From: the human T2T-CHM13v2.0 reference genome, Homo sapiens
Direction: 5' to 3' (one strand)
DNA: 64,000 nt
Assembly (NCBI RefSeq): GCF_009914755.1
Contig: NC_060945.1
Shown here: piece after piece, positions 42,257 to 59,444 of the stretch
Layout: every line of letters begins with the position of its first letter
Position numbering within the stretch: position 1 is the first letter of the stretch
Notes under the pieces: generated by a model
What the model saw: the letters and a program-made list of their open reading frames with translations, nothing else
Database searches by the model: none
Told to the model about the DNA's origin: nothing
Translations under genes and position numbers: made by a program

Positions 42257-44180
42257 TATATCCCTGATTTTCTATCAGACCAAATGGAGGCAGACAGCTA
42301 TTGCCTCGGTTGGGATACCTGGGTCCCCTCTGTGCCACCCACTTCCCCTCATTAGGAAGGGTGTAGCTGGCAAAGCAGTACTATGTCCCAGAAAGGATGG
42401 TCACACTCATAAAACCCAATTAAGACCCTGAGAACAATGGTATTCACTTTCTTAGGAATGTTAAATAATATTTGCTCTTTTGGGAATAAGATTTTATTAA
42501 AAAATAATTCCAGATCCTATCATATTAGGCTATGCCATCTGAAGTTTGTTACTTGGGCATATTTGGCCTACAAAACGTCAATTTTGTGTGGTTCGATGTA
42601 TCTGCTTACAGATAGATACAGATCTCTATATACAGATATTTACCTGGCTATAGATATCCATCAGGTAGTAGAATATGGAATAGAAAAAAATTAGCAGCAG
42701 CAGCAACAATAATTTCAACAGCAATGATTCCTTAAAGATCAAGTACAAGCTAATGTAGTGGGTGCAAGAGCCCACTAATTTGCTTTTTCACAGATTAGTT
42801 TAACATCCTATTAACCAAGGCTGGCAAGGTCGAGGGAGTAAGCATTTCAGGCCAGCCTGTGAAATTCATTACCGCTGGCATGTAGGTGGTAATGACTTTG
42901 AAAGAAGACAGGTCTGATCATCATGAAGAGGAGCTTTATACCTAATGTGATAATTTATTCCCTTTGTGATAGGCATATCCAATAAACATTTCAATAGCCA
43001 TGACATATGCAAATCGCCACCCATGTTGAGGAGGTTGAAGGAGGGCACGAAGAATATCAATTCCCTCTTCTAAATGAAATGCACACCAACAATTGTGGCA
43101 TCTGAGGGCAGTCGGAGAAACCTGACCTAGACCTGCCTATGAATCTTTGTATAATCAAAGCCTACTATGGGGAAAGAAGCATGTGCCCCTGAGCCTGACT
43201 TCAAGCAGGAACTACTGTGTCCCATCTGCTCTGCCCAGGTTACAGGACAGAAACTGAGAAGATGAAAGGCCGCAATGGACTGAATTTAATTTGATCAAAG
43301 CGGCCATAATTTTTTAAAAACTTGACTCTCTCAACACAACCAAATCACTTTTTATGACGTGTCATTTGGACATTTTTTACAGTGATCTAAAGTTAGGAGC
43401 CTGTGTGCAGGGGCTTCGGGGACTGCTGGAAAAGGAATGAAAAAGGCGGGTAAGTAGTATCAACGTGTAAATGATGTCCCTGTTGTCCACAGGCCTAATG
43501 GCACACCTGTGGGACATCAGTGTCAGTTCCTGGAGTGAGTCACGTCCCTGAAAAATACAGCACATCGTGAAAAACCAGCCATCAGCAGGGTGTGTTCTGA
43601 CAGGTGGATAATGACCCCCAACTGGACATGACTTTGGAGTTTGGCCAGTGGGGCAGATACAGTGGTGCTGATGTGGCTAACTGCCTGGTGTATCAGAGGG
43701 CACCTGCTGGGGAAATGCCCTGGGCATGGTGATAGGGGCTCCCAGGCAGAGGAACCCCCAGCTGTCAGGGGGCTCTGAGCTGACCAGGTGACCTGAGGCT
43801 GGGGGATGAGGGGGACCTCAGTGGTGTTTCTGATCTATAGGCACCTGCACCTGCCTTGAAGCTCTGCTTTAGGCTGATCTTGGAGGCCCTGAAGGGCCTA
43901 TGGACAAGGGCTCCCAGGTGGAACAGGGGAGAGGAAGGGGTGGATCCATCAGCTTCACCTGGACTGCTCCAACGTCACCCCCTTCACTTCTAGGGGAAAT
44001 GGAGGCCTAGGGGGAGGGAACGCCAACCCACCCCCTGGGGTCAACCACAGACCCAAGGACTCAGAACCCCCAGCAGTGAGAGGTTCCCTCCTGCTCCACC
44101 TCCAAAGTCCATTTCATAGGCGTCCCTGCACTGAAGCTGGCCTGGCGTCTGTATCCAGGCCTGAGGTATGAGCAGGGACA

Positions 44181-44660
44181 ATGTTATGGGCTGAACTTGG
44201 CTCCCCCACCCCCACCCAAATTCATATGTTACAGTCCTAATCCCCAGTACTTCACAGAATGTGACCTTATTTGGAGATGGGGTCCTTGCAGAAGTCATCA
44301 ACTTAAAATTAGATCATTGGGGTGGCCCGTGATCCAATATGCCTGCTGTCCTTATCAAAAGGGGAAATTTAGACACAGAGACAGACACGCAAGGGAAGAC
44401 ATTGTGAAGGGTCACAGGAAGGATGCCACGTGAAGATGAAGGCAGAGCACAGGGTGATGCTTCTACAAGCCAAGGAACACCAAAGGTTGTCAGCAGCTGT
44501 CAGGAGCTGGAGAGGCGGGAGCAGGCTCTCCCACAGGGCCTCAGAAAGGGTGGCCCTGCTAGCACCAGCAGCTCAGACTTCCAGCCTCCAGAACAGGGAA
44601 AGAATTGGCTCCTGGTGTTGCAAACACCCAGTTTGTGGTACTTTGATACAGCCCTGGGAG
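44181..44660 (+). mobile_element. MLT1-type MaLR solo LTR
   Basis: tgttatgggctgaa...aatgtgaccttatttggagat...caagccaaggaacacca...ttccagcctccagaac. Confidence 0.85.
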
Positions 44661-45246
44661 GGGAGGGGGCGCATTTGGCTTAAGGATCCAGGAACGTCCA
44701 CCATGTCTTCCTGTTCAGTCCTTAGAACCCAGGCAGCAACATGGAGGAGTGGAGGCGGAGAGGACAGTGAAGCAGCATCCTCAGCCCCGAGCCCTCCAAA
44801 CAACAGGCCTCTAAGGACAACAGGCGTGCAGGCCCTTCCTGGAGAATCTGGCAGGATGGGGGTCCGGGGACACTGGGCATGAGCATTTTTAAAAGTTCCC
44901 AGGTCTTTTGAACATGCAGCTGGGGTTATCCACTGCTAGCCCGGGTCTGGCCAAAATGCCACTAGTGCTTAGAGCACCCGGAGGCCACAGCCGACAACGC
45001 AGGAGCAGGCCAGGGCCAAGGACACAGGCACCATACCTGCTCTCCTGCATGTCGCTGCTCATGCTCCTTCGCACTTCACTCTGGGGGCCGGCAGACCACA
45101 GGGCTATGTGGGTAGAAGCTGACGCAGCCCACCCGCAGGGCCCGGCGCCACGCCAGAGACGCGCGGTGTGCCCAGGTTAAGAGGGAAATGGGTGTGGAGA
45201 CAGGCAAGGCACGGCTGTGTTCAAAAGACCTTAGAACAGGTACAGG

Positions 45247-45620
45247 AGCCAGGCACGGTGGCTCAGGCCTGTAATCCCAGCACTTTGGGAGGCTGAGGTT
45301 TGGAGAATCCCTTGAGCCCAGGAATTGGAGACTAGCCTAGGCAACACAGCAAGACCCCATCTCTATTTTTAAAAAATAAAAAAATTAAACTTTTTTTAAA
45401 AGAAATAAAATGGGATATGCACATTTTCAAGCAGTTATGATAATTTATGCAAGTGAAATTGTACTACAAGTGCCTAAACCTGGGAGGCTGAGGTAAGTGT
45501 TTTGCTTGAGCACAAGAATTCGAGACTACAATGAGCTATGATCTTGCCACTGCACTCCAGCCTGGGTGACAGAACAAGACCCTGTCTCTCAAAATAAAAT
45601 AAAATAATAAAAATAAAAAC
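45247..45620 (+). mobile_element. Two Alu monomers (left-arm type 45247-45400; right-arm type 45481-45620)
   Basis: Separate arms, each with its own A tail. Confidence 0.8.
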
Positions 45621-45727
45621 TGCCTAAAATTCTAATTCTTGGCATATTAAGATGAAATAGCAAGGATTGCAGCCTGCATGTAAAAAGATGGTAGACAAGA
45701 AAGATTCGCACGGCATGTTTGTTTTAA

Positions 45728-46221
<494 letters not shown>

Positions 46222-47181
46222 TGTTTTGTTGAATTTCATAGTTCAACATCAATGCCAGAAACCAGATTATGGTCATATGTGCCCGTGTGCAAATCTTCCT
46301 GAAATCGTTTGTGTGACTTGCACACTTTCCCCTAACCTGATAATTTGTCACAGCTTCTAGGGGGATGGCATCAACTTCTCGAACAGGGCACAGTCATGTG
46401 CGGGTGGGGACTGAGGTTTGCAGTTCTGTAGACTGGACCCTCAATTATATTCCCCAGCCGCCTCTGAGGAAGGAGGCCTGATCCCTACCATTTTTAGGGT
46501 TGCTTTTGGTCACTGTTTTCCTACCTATAGGATTTTAAGACAGATTCCTCAATTAGCTATTTATGTTTGCTAGACTCTGTAGGGACAAATGAGGAAGCTA
46601 AGGTTTGGAGAGGTGGCTGTCTGGGGTCGCACACTAATGGGACGGGTGTGTGACATTGCGCTTTCTGGCTCTGAAGTCCATGTTCCCAGGCCCTGCTCTT
46701 CCATGCTGCTAAGGACAGCGTCTGAGAAGTGGCCAGCCAGGTGTCTAGAAAAATGGGCAAGTCTGTGGCCCCTGGGGAGGAGACTCCGGAGAGTGTGGAT
46801 ACATCAAAGCCCGTGGGGTCTCATGGAGCAAAGCCCCCTAATCCTGCAAGGACTCGGGCGGGATTCCCAGAATGAGTTGCGTCTCCAGAGAGGCATGCAG
46901 GGGGCAGGGGAGGAGGATTCCAGCCATGCGGACAGAGGCCATTCCATTCCCTTTCTCAATAGCAATGGGAAAGCCTGTTTCGACTTGGAAGCAGATTGTT
47001 CACTATCACCTTTGGGGTAAACGATGCAGGGAGAACAGGGCCCCCAGATTTGCCAGTGCACACTAAATAGCCGCCCCATGGTGGTTGTGAGGGTCAAGGC
47101 TGAGACAGGAGCACACTCTTGTCTGCTGGGCAGTAACCCCATATGGAATGTACCGGTCTGCCCACCTCCATGAGCAACACC

Positions 47182-47545
47182 TGTGAGGTGTCGCTGTGTC
47201 AACCTGGCTGCAGCACCCGGAGATTCAACAGAACACGCACTGAGGTGCGGCTGGGAAGGCATTGTGTAGATGTGGATAACAACTCCAGCCAGTGGACTTT
47301 AAGGAAAGGAGATTATCCTGGAGAATGTGGGTAGGCCTCATCCAATCAGCTGAAGGCCCTAAGAGCAAACACTGGTTTTCCAGGGAGGAGGAAATTCTGC
47401 CTCAAGAATGAAGCATCAGCTCTTGCCGGGGTCTCTGGCCTGCTGCCTGCCCTGCGGATTTCAGACCTGTCAATCTCATGAGTCAGTTCCTTAAATATGT
47501 AACCTATGGGTTCTGCTTCTCTGGAGGACTGTGACTGATCCAGTA
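47182..47545 (+). mobile_element. MLT2-type ERVL LTR
   Basis: tgtgtcaacctggc...ggcctcatccaatcagctgaaggcc...ggttctgcttctctggag. Confidence 0.8.
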
Positions 47546-50029
47546 ACTGATGGTCTGGATCAAGCAGATCATCTGCTTGACTTTGAGCCCGCAGAATGTG
47601 TTGCCCTTTGCTGATAGTGAAGTTCACACTACGGTCAACAATAGCCGGGGCCATGTTGATTGCATGAAGCCTGACTACTTGACTCCAGGCTACCTTCTCT
47701 ACGCCAACAGCAAGAAGCGAGATTTAGACCTCACCCACAACCTTCAAGATTCCTGAAGATAATTTGGGGAGTGGTTATGTGAAATTGGAGGCAAGTAACC
47801 AAGATTTTAAATGGGAGACAGGGAGAAGAAGAAAAGTCTTTCCCTGGTTCTAACAAGGTTTAAAAAACAAATCACAAGAAGGCTGAAGTATAAACAAATA
47901 CGTGAAAGAATTTAAACATAATTAATCTAAATTATAGCTCTAATGTCATAAATATTTCCAAATGTATTCCTATTTGTCTCTACAGAGTCTAACAGACATA
48001 AATAGCGAATTGAAGGTTCTGTCTTAAAACCCAGCAGAAAGAAAAACAATGACCAGAAAAAAAAAACAATTGTCTTTGGCTTCCCAAGAACAGCATCGGA
48101 TTTCAACTGGAACCACAGATGGTCCGTTGATAGAAGCGACTACTTTTTAGCTCTGGAGGACGACAAAAGGAACCAGCTTCTTCCTGTGGGTGTCACAGTG
48201 AGGTCGCCTGGCCACATCAGGTACCAGAGCGAGCGCCCTCACCTGATAGGCCCTGTACAACCTCAGCCACAGCACTGTCAGGAGGAACACGCGGAACTAG
48301 CAACCTAGGAGGGTAAAGGCGGAGTTGGGAGGGAACACGAGGCAGGCAGGTCGGCTGGCTGCTGAGCTACAGGCTGCACTCCTAGGACGTCTACGTGTAA
48401 TTGAGAAAAATAAGACAAAAATAACTTACTGTGCAGGCAATTAATTCTGGTTGGCATAGCGATCCTCTTAAGTTAAAGGGAATGAGCATGAGATGAAGAG
48501 AAGTAAGAGGCAGAAAGAATTATGCAAGAGCAACATCAGAGTGGACGTGGGTAAGGGTTCTGAGCCATCTACAGACACCACACGCACACAGGACGCCACT
48601 GTGCAGGATATTTGGCAAGGTTTCTTACTGTTCCAAGTTTTTTTTCCGAAAACCTCCCTTGAAACTTTTGTGCTTACTTGTGGTAACATACCCATAATAT
48701 ACCCTCTTAACCATTTCTACCGGCACAGCTCAGTGGTGCTGAGTATATCCACGACCAACTTCACTGATCTTTTTTTAAACTAAAAGTAAATAAAAATTTG
48801 GGGAATACATTTCCTGTGCGGGCTGGTTTCCAACCAGCAGAACCTCAGGAGGATTCGAAATACACAGGCACTCTCAGAAACCGAATACAAACTCCTTAGC
48901 AGGACAAAAGATACAGGTGGTTCTTAAACCAAAAAAAAAAAAAAAAAAAAAAACAAGCTTTAGTTTTTAAAAAAAGACATCCTCTATCACCAGTTTTGAA
49001 AAATGTTTGGTTGAAAAATGAAAATGACTTGGCACCCATAACACAGAATCGTCTCAGATTGTGACAGCATCTCACAGAGATGCTAATTACAAGTCTCTTT
49101 AAAAGCACTGGAAGGAAACATTTAAAACTGCTGCCAAGTATGTCCTGTTCAAAAACCTGGGGTCAATGAGGTAGGGGCGCAGGAGTGAAACGCACGGCAC
49201 GGCTGAGCCTCTCTGCTGCATTCCCAAATGCCGAGCCTCCGGCAAGTTCTGAGCCTGCGTTGCAGATGGCCAGCCCCAGCCCCCAACACACCTGCCCGAC
49301 ACCCAGTCCCCAAAGGGTGGACCCCTCATCCACCTGGCCCGTGAAGGCAGAGGAGCAGGGTGGGTGACACAGCAAGGATGGAAACCCAGGGAAAGACCTC
49401 CCGGAAGGGAAACCAGACAGGGGGAAGGAGGAGGGGCTGTGTGAAGGAACACAGATCTTTACATGAACAGAGTGAGCGAGGCTTGGCATTTCAGAAGGAA
49501 TGAGGAGGGCGGACGGGGGGTTGGGTTCTGCCAGGACAAGAGGAAACGGGCCATCCAGTCAGGTAAGGGAGAGGAAGAGCTACCCCACCCTGCACCCATG
49601 TTTGTCCCGCTTCGCCCAGCACTCACTGTCTACAAGACAAAGAATAGGCCACAGGTGTGTGTGTCAGGTGACCAGGTCACCTTTGACATAACCCAAGCCA
49701 AGGCCTCTTAACAGGAGCACAGGAGCCTGCCACAGAGGTCAGCGTGCAGCTTACAGCCCTCAAGTGCTCTGTGGAGGGGGGTCCATGCATCAAGCACCCC
49801 AAGGCCAGGCAGTGGGCAAACAGAGTCCAACGGGTCTGAAATCTTATCCAGGAAATTTCCTCCTTCTCCCTTTCCTCTTCTAACTTTCCATTTCCCCCAA
49901 CACCTATCACGACTCTGCACTGGCAAGGAGGGGGGCATGGGAGAGGGAGGCCGCCGTGCCATGGCTGAGGGACACAAAGCAAAGACAGGGAGAGAGGGGA
50001 AGAGGACAGACTCAGACAGTCCAGCCCAT

Positions 50030-50262
50030 GGCAGGCTGTGGGCTTTGGCACCAGGGACATTTGGGACCAGAGCATGCTGCACTGTGAGGCTGCCTTGTGG
50101 GGGCGTGTCCTGTGCACGGCAGGGCGCTGAGTGGCATCCCTGGCCTCTATTCACTAGATGCCGACTGCACCCCAGACTCCCAGCTGTGACAACTAAAGTG
50201 TCTCCAGACACTGCCATATTCCCTGGAGGGAAAAAGTGCTGGGCTTGAGAATCACTGGTCTA
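50030..50262. mobile_element. MER20 hAT element
   Basis: gcatccctggcctcta...gtctccagacactgcca...ttgagaatcactg. Confidence 0.8.
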
Positions 50263-51124
50263 TGGCATCAAGAACAGAGGACAAAAGGCAGCGACAGCAG
50301 CGCTTAACAAAGCTCCCCCAAGGAGCCCCTTCGATTTCCCGACACAGATGGTCTCAGGACATCCTGAGATTTCCGCTGAAAGCCTTGGAGCCCCACACAA
50401 GAGCCAGAGCCAGGAGTTAATGCTGAGCTTCACCTGAGCTCACGGCTTGGCCTGCCTTGCCCCCAGTCCTGTCTTCTGCACCAAGATGTCCTTTTGTCCC
50501 CCGAATGGTGGAGTCAGGTGGGCGCAGGCAGCGGCCATGCTCCTCATCTTATGGAGGAGGATGCTGAGGCTCGGTGAGTCTCACATCTGGAACGGACCCC
50601 AAGCCCCTAGACTATATGTCCTTAGCAAATACATTCAGGTTACTCATGCCAAGGCACTGTCTCGGCAAATCTGCACACGCTTAAGGAATTTATAGTTTTA
50701 AAGCACGGACTTAGGGCTAATGGAAGCAATCAGTACTAATGAAATGATCACCTCCTCAGCACCCACATATTAAGTTAACCGATTCATTATTCCCAGGAGC
50801 TTTTCTCCCTGTAGAGCCTCCTAGGGTCAGGTGGTGAGGTCTGGTTTTGTTTCAGGTGCAGGGAGACTCTTGACAGGCACAAAGGAGCAAAGATGTCCAT
50901 ATCGGCAGTGGAAGGAGCCCCAGGCTCTGCCTGGCTTTGCTCTGAGTCTCTGCAGCCCATCATTGTGTACGGCTCTTGGTAACCCGTCGGGAAGCCAGGT
51001 GGAGCGAGCCCAGACTGAGGAAGGGGCCTCTATGCATGGACACACACTGACCCCAAATGCAGAGATGACGCCAACCCTCCCACAGAAGGACCGGCAGATG
51101 CCCCACCACGGGTTCAAACATTCA

Positions 51125-51589
<465 letters not shown>

Positions 51590-52318
51590 TCAGGGGCAGT
51601 GGGGAAGATGACAAGGGATACATGAAAGGAAGGGAGGGTTTGAAAAGACCTGAAAAGCACTCTCCAAAACATTCTGACAGCTGATTTCAAAGTCTCAGAA
51701 GATGCAGCCGTGGGCCTCAGAGAAGGCGCTTATACATCACGGCCGTTGCTCATGCTTGGGTTAAAAAAGGTCTCCCTTACAGCCAGGGCTCAGGATCCCT
51801 AGGCAGCTGGGGGTTGGCCCCCGGGGCTCAGAGGTTAACCCTCTTCCTCTCGCAGATGGGCCTAGCGGTGGGAGCGTTTGTGGCAAGCTGCAGAAATGGG
51901 ATGCGAGAGAGAGAGCCCGTCCTTCAGAGTCCACGACAGCACAAAGGAAATGGCCGTGGGTGTTTCGGGTTTAGCTGTCTTTGTTCCTACACGTTTATGT
52001 TACCTGCAAGTGGAAATTCACCGGCACATCCTCTCAAAAATTATATTTTGTGTAAAAATATTTAAGCACTAAATGAACCTCTGAGAGTCGGGATAGCGCT
52101 TCCTTGGAGGGGGGAAAGTTTGGGGAGGAGGGCACGGGGGCTCCCTTCCTTGGAGGGGAGAAAGTTTGGGGAGGAGGGCATGGGGGCTCCCTGAGGGCCA
52201 GTCATGCTGTTCTTGGTGTGGGTGGCAGTGACACAGGCGTTTGCTTAGGGACAACTGTGCTGTTCTGACTTAAGTGCCAGCCTGTGGAAGCGCCCACTGA
52301 CTCAAGATTAGATAATCT

Positions 52319-52568
<250 letters not shown>

Positions 52569-53013
52569 TCAGAACATTAAATACTAAGATCCAGGAGTTC
52601 TTTGTGATTTTTAAATATGATCTTAGAGAAAGTATAGGGGAGATGACCACGAGTCTTGTCCTTATTTTGCTCATTCATTCACCCAAGAGCGAAGAAAACC
52701 CAACTACTGGGCCCCGGACTTCCAGAGAGGTCATGGATCCCTGCTGAGGGCCCCTGGAGGGGCTCAGGAAGCCCCCAAAACACCACCCGCCTGCCTCTGG
52801 GACGTGGGGCAAGGCCACCCTCTGGGTACAATGGCAAGGTTGATGACTCATCTCTGGCACCTCCGAGGTCCTGTTCTGGCCTGTCTCCCAGCCACTGAGG
52901 AATCCATCTTCTGCGTGCCCTCTGCCCACCCACCCACTCTTTTGTCCAGAATTCTTCCTCATCCCCCTCCTACTCCAAATCAAAATCTTCCCAACTCTCC
53001 CTCCACCTGTTCA

Positions 53014-53230
<217 letters not shown>

Positions 53231-53776
53231 TTTAAAATCAATTTTAAAAAATGTAATAAAAAGAGTAAGGATCTGTAACATGGCCCTTCACCTGAGGGGC
53301 TGGCCTCTCCACAGCTGAAACCACACACTTGCCACCACCTGCTCTGAGCGGACGTCCCAGAGCGGGAGAAGGGGGAGAAAGGGAGTGCGGTGTCCACGGG
53401 GGACACTACAATGTTCATTTCTCTCTGATTACAAAAGGAATAAACATTCACTGCAAAAAAGTAAAAGGCTTTGGAAACGTGTCACGTGGAAAGTGAAAGT
53501 TCCCCGTGACTGGGTGGTGACGAGAGCAGAGGTTCTGTACCAAAGGGGAGTCTTACATCATGTTCCTCTCTTTCGATAATTTTTCTTGAAATGATTTGCC
53601 AACCTCTCAACGTGTAAAGCGTCCCTGATTAGAAAGTCTCCCGTGTCCTTGGTGAATAGGATAAACTGTGTAAACACAACACCACACATGACTCCTTTGT
53701 GGGGTGAGGAACATAATTTGACATTTGTAAATGGAACTCTCTGGACGTTAACCAAGTGCTTGGGCTAACTTCTTCA

Positions 53777-54293
<517 letters not shown>

Positions 54294-54939
54294 AGCTTGA
54301 TTCCCTGGGTGGTTACAAGATACTCACTGAAGTGTCTGCTTAAGATTCACCGATTTTATTTATTTAAGTTATACCTGAATAGAGTTGATGGAAAATGGCA
54401 AAAGCAAGCAAACAACAACAAAAAAATATCTAACCCTTTGGAAGATTTTGAACTTTGAAAGGCAAGGTAGTGACTCCTTTTCCCTCCCAAGAGTGCCTAA
54501 ATACATAGAATAGTAACTAGAGCTATGAAGGGCCAGTTAATAAAAGCACCTCCTTCCCCAGGTTAATAACAACACACACCAGCCAACATCAATAGAATGC
54601 TTATGGCAAACCAGGTGCTGTTCAGAGACAGAGCTCTGTGCACATTCTCTCATTTACTCCTATTCCACACCCCATGAGCAGGTCCTTCCTTTTATCCCAT
54701 TTGACCATTGAGGAGTATGTCCAGCAGCCAGGAGGCCCCAGAGCTGAGATGACCAGCAGGTCTCTCTGACTCAGAGCTGATGCTTGTAACTTACACTTTC
54801 CTGCTCAGGTAAAGTCAAAATGGCAAAGCTATTAAAGTAGCAGGATGGTAAAAGGAACTTCTGTCTCGGTTTTGGCCATGGCCTGAGGCTTACAGATGCT
54901 GCATTTCCAAAGGGAGTCAAGATAAGACCACAGAGGCCA

Positions 54940-55790
54940 AGAACCGGTGACAACAGTGACACTGGGGAATAATAAATAGATACTTGGTCTTCCTCCCTGG
55001 TTCCTGGCACAGAGAACAAAAAAAAAAATCCTTTGAATTCCAGAGCCACGGAGCTGGGGCATCCTTCTCATTCCTAATAAGCCCCTGCACCCCATCCGAG
55101 TGAACGCTAATGAGGACGGGCACTGGATGTCAGAGGCACCAACCCTGTGGTTAGAAGGCTGGAACTTTCTGCCCTCCTCTCGCCTGTGGGGAAGGGAAAG
55201 GGGCTAGAGATTGAGCTCAAATCACCAAAGGCCAATAAGTGAATCAATCATGCCTACATACCTACTTATAGAAGCACCATAAACCCCCTAAATGACAGGG
55301 CTCAGGGAGCGTCCAGGTTGTGAACCAACGCATGCACGTACTGGGAAAGGGGCGACTCCACGGAGATCAAAGCTCCCACACTCAGGACCCTCCCAGACTG
55401 TGCCCTGCGCCCCTTCATCTGGCTGTGCATTTGTGTGATAATAAACTGGTAAACCCAAGTAAAGTGTTTCTCTGAGTTCTGTGAGCCATTATAGCAAATT
55501 ACGGAACCCGAGGAGTGTGTCATGGAAACCCCAATTTGTAGCCAAGTGGGACAAAAGTGTGGTAACCTGGGGACCCACTATTTGCACCTGACATCTAAAG
55601 TGGAAGGGTGGTTTTGTGGGGCTGAGCCTTTCACCTGTGGGATCTGAGCTAACTCCAGGTAATGCCAGAATTGAATTAAATTGTAGGACACCCAGTTGGT
55701 GTCTGCAGAGAAACAGAAAATTGCTTGCCATAGAAAATCTACACATTTGGCGTCAGGAGTGTTGTGAGTAGAGGAACAGATTTTTGTTTA
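54940..55790 (+). mobile_element. MER21-like ERV LTR
   Basis: tggttcctggcacagag...aatcaatcatgccta...gtttctctgagttctgtgagcc...aggacacccagttggtgtc. Confidence 0.75.
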
Positions 55791-56179
55791 GCCACTGACC
55801 CACACTGAGAAGAGAGAAGTGCTGGAGAAAGGAGTTGGGGAGGACTCCTTAGGAGAAAGCTGTGCTGTAATTCCCAAAGCCACCAAGGGAGACGTGTCGG
55901 GAGCACGTCCTCCTCACGCCAGGCCCAGTGCTTCTGTTCAGTCCCCCGAGAGCCCGGTCCAGGTGCCAGGTGCAGCCTGCACCGTGGCAGGTGAGCCTGG
56001 GGGCCGGCTCCATGGACCATGCATCAGAACCCACAGTGGGAACATCAGCCTAGGTCTTTTAAGAGGGATCCTGCCCACGTGACAGGACCCCGCAGCATGG
56101 GCAGTGGGGGCACTGCCAGGGGAAGAAACTGAGGAAGGAGCATCAGGGGCAGCGGCAAAAGCATCAGCGGCATTAGTAC

Positions 56180-56793
56180 CAGAGCGGCTCCAGCTCAAAT
56201 AAGGGCTGGGCAAAATGAGGCTGGGATCCCCTGGGCTGCACTCCCAGGAGGTGAGGTGCCCTTACTCACAGGGTGAGCTAGGAGGTCGGCACAAGACACA
56301 GGTCACAAGGACCCTGCTGATAAAACAGGATGTGGTAAAGAAGCCGGCCACAACCTACCAAAACCAAGATGGCAATGAGAGTGACCTCTGGCTGTCCTCA
56401 CTGCCGATGATACACTGAGGATAACGCATTAGCATGCTAAAAGACACTCCCACCAGCACCATGACAGTTTGCAACTGCCATGGCAAAGGCAAGAAGTTAC
56501 CCTACGTGGTCTGAAAAGGGGAGGAATGCTCAGTTCTGAGAAATCGCCGCCCCTCTGGTAGAAAACTCGTGAATAATCCACCACTTGTTTAACATATGAT
56601 CAAGAAAGAACCAGAAAAAGAGCCAACCAGCAGCCCGTACGGGTTCTCTGCCTACAGAGTAGCCATTCTTTTATTCCTTTACTTTCTTAATAACTTGTTT
56701 TCAATTTACTCTGTGGACTCGCCCCGAATTCTTTCTTGCACCAGATCCAAGAACCCTCTCTTGGGGTCTAGATCAAGATCCTTTTCTGGTAAC
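56180..56793 (+). mobile_element. MER41(B)-like ERV1 solo LTR
   Basis: ctgggctgcactcccag...aaaaccaagatggc...agacactcccaccagc...aagaaccctctcttggggtct. Confidence 0.85.
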
Positions 56794-57435
56794 GAAAGGA
56801 GGGGCAGGGCCTGCGTCCCAGAACTGCAGGTGGGGGACCCAGCGGGGTAGTATCCAAAAAACCATAAAACCTCCCACAAGAGGAGGAGGCAGTTATGAAC
56901 TTTCACCAGGCTGAGAATCCAACACCATGTTAAGACAGTGCCCCTCCAGTGAGAACTTTCCACTCCCCTGACTGCCCCACCTTGCCCAGTTGTTGACCTG
57001 GGCAAGGTCAGACACAGGACTCAGCGAATGTGGGAGAGCTAAGCAAGAAGGAAGCATCCATTGCCCCTGAGAGCAGGTCACGAGGAGGCAAAGGGAGAAA
57101 GTTAATCCCCAAATTTAGATTGCGCAGTGATTTAATGAGTCAGTAAGACATCTCTTCAAAAATGTCTATTACCTGAAACTGACCATAAAATAGGGAATTT
57201 GCATTTCCTATTCGTAGTGACCATTTCCTAGTGGAAGGGAAAACTACTTCTACTAAGCTGGTGTAAGCAGAAAGTGGTGAATAAAATTAAAGTGACGGTG
57301 AGGACGATGTCCTGAGTCCTACTTATTTGCTATTAACGTAGCTAGCGTGTTGTGCAAGAGAAAAATGAACAGAAAATTTAAAATGTAAAGTCTCAGTTGG
57401 CTTTTTATTTTGTTAAAGCATTCCCTAAAATGTAG

Positions 57436-57843
<408 letters not shown>

Positions 57844-57942
57844 AAAACAACTTTTTCCAATTCTGAAAGGAAAATACTTCATATCAGAACAGCCCAAAAG
57901 GCCCAAAGGTGCTAAGAGGGAGAGCGACGTGGGCGTGTCTCA

Positions 57943-58110
<168 letters not shown>

Positions 58111-58579
58111 TCAACAGTTACCGAAAAGTGAAAGGACAGCCCTCACTGCAACTCTGGTGTGTGCAGTTGGTAAAGGCAAAGCTTAACGAAAGCTGTTTTG
58201 AGGGGAGGAGGGGCAAGAGTGGTGTCTGGAGTCCAGGTTGAAATAAAATTTCAGAAACATTTTAACTAAGCCAGAATTTCCCATTCTATTTTGCATCCCT
58301 GAACTGTGCCAACTCATGCACTCTGGGAGGATAATGCTTTTGCCCAAGCAGAGATGCAGTATGAATTTTGAGAAATAAAGCATACGCTTATACAGAAACT
58401 TCTGTCTCCAAGGCAGTGCCTGTGGAGACAGGTACAGAATTCAGCTGGATCTCAAATGACAGTCCGTCAAGCCTTCTAGCAAACGATTTTTCACAGAAGA
58501 AAGTCTACAAGGACCACTCACTTTGAATTTTTCAAGAAAAAAGCGTGTGCTGTCCCCACATACAGGTAATAGAGTTCGT

Positions 58580-58888
<309 letters not shown>

Positions 58889-59165
58889 CTATCATTGAGT
58901 TCTTAATTTAACTTAGTTGGAGTTACACCTAAGGGCAACTATTTACACTATCTAGATTTTAGCTTCAGAATATACCATGGGAATTGAACCTTGTTTCAGT
59001 TTATTGCATATGTGTTTGGCAGAAGAGAAAGATAACTGTCATCCGATAACAACAACAAACTAAGCACAAGTGTGGCCAATTAGCACCCTTCCTGTGCTGT
59101 GAGAATTTCCTAACACTCGGCGCTGCAGGCTCCAGAACTCTGCAGTTGTGGGGGCAAGGTGGTTA

Positions 59166-59444
<279 letters not shown>

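Noticed and set aside
41904-42431. 175-aa ORF and similar '[13 protein letters not shown]' ORFs across the window
   Set aside because: These are Alu-derived translations.
45247-45628. Apparent single Alu split by an 80-bp insert
   Set aside because: The right arm has its own TSD-like flanks (tgcctaaa), so two independent monomer insertions are more likely.
52100-52195. Two-copy ~43-bp G-rich duplication (also small ones at 3920-4000, 10978-11013 and 15828-15869)
   Set aside because: Ordinary slippage duplications with no further support.
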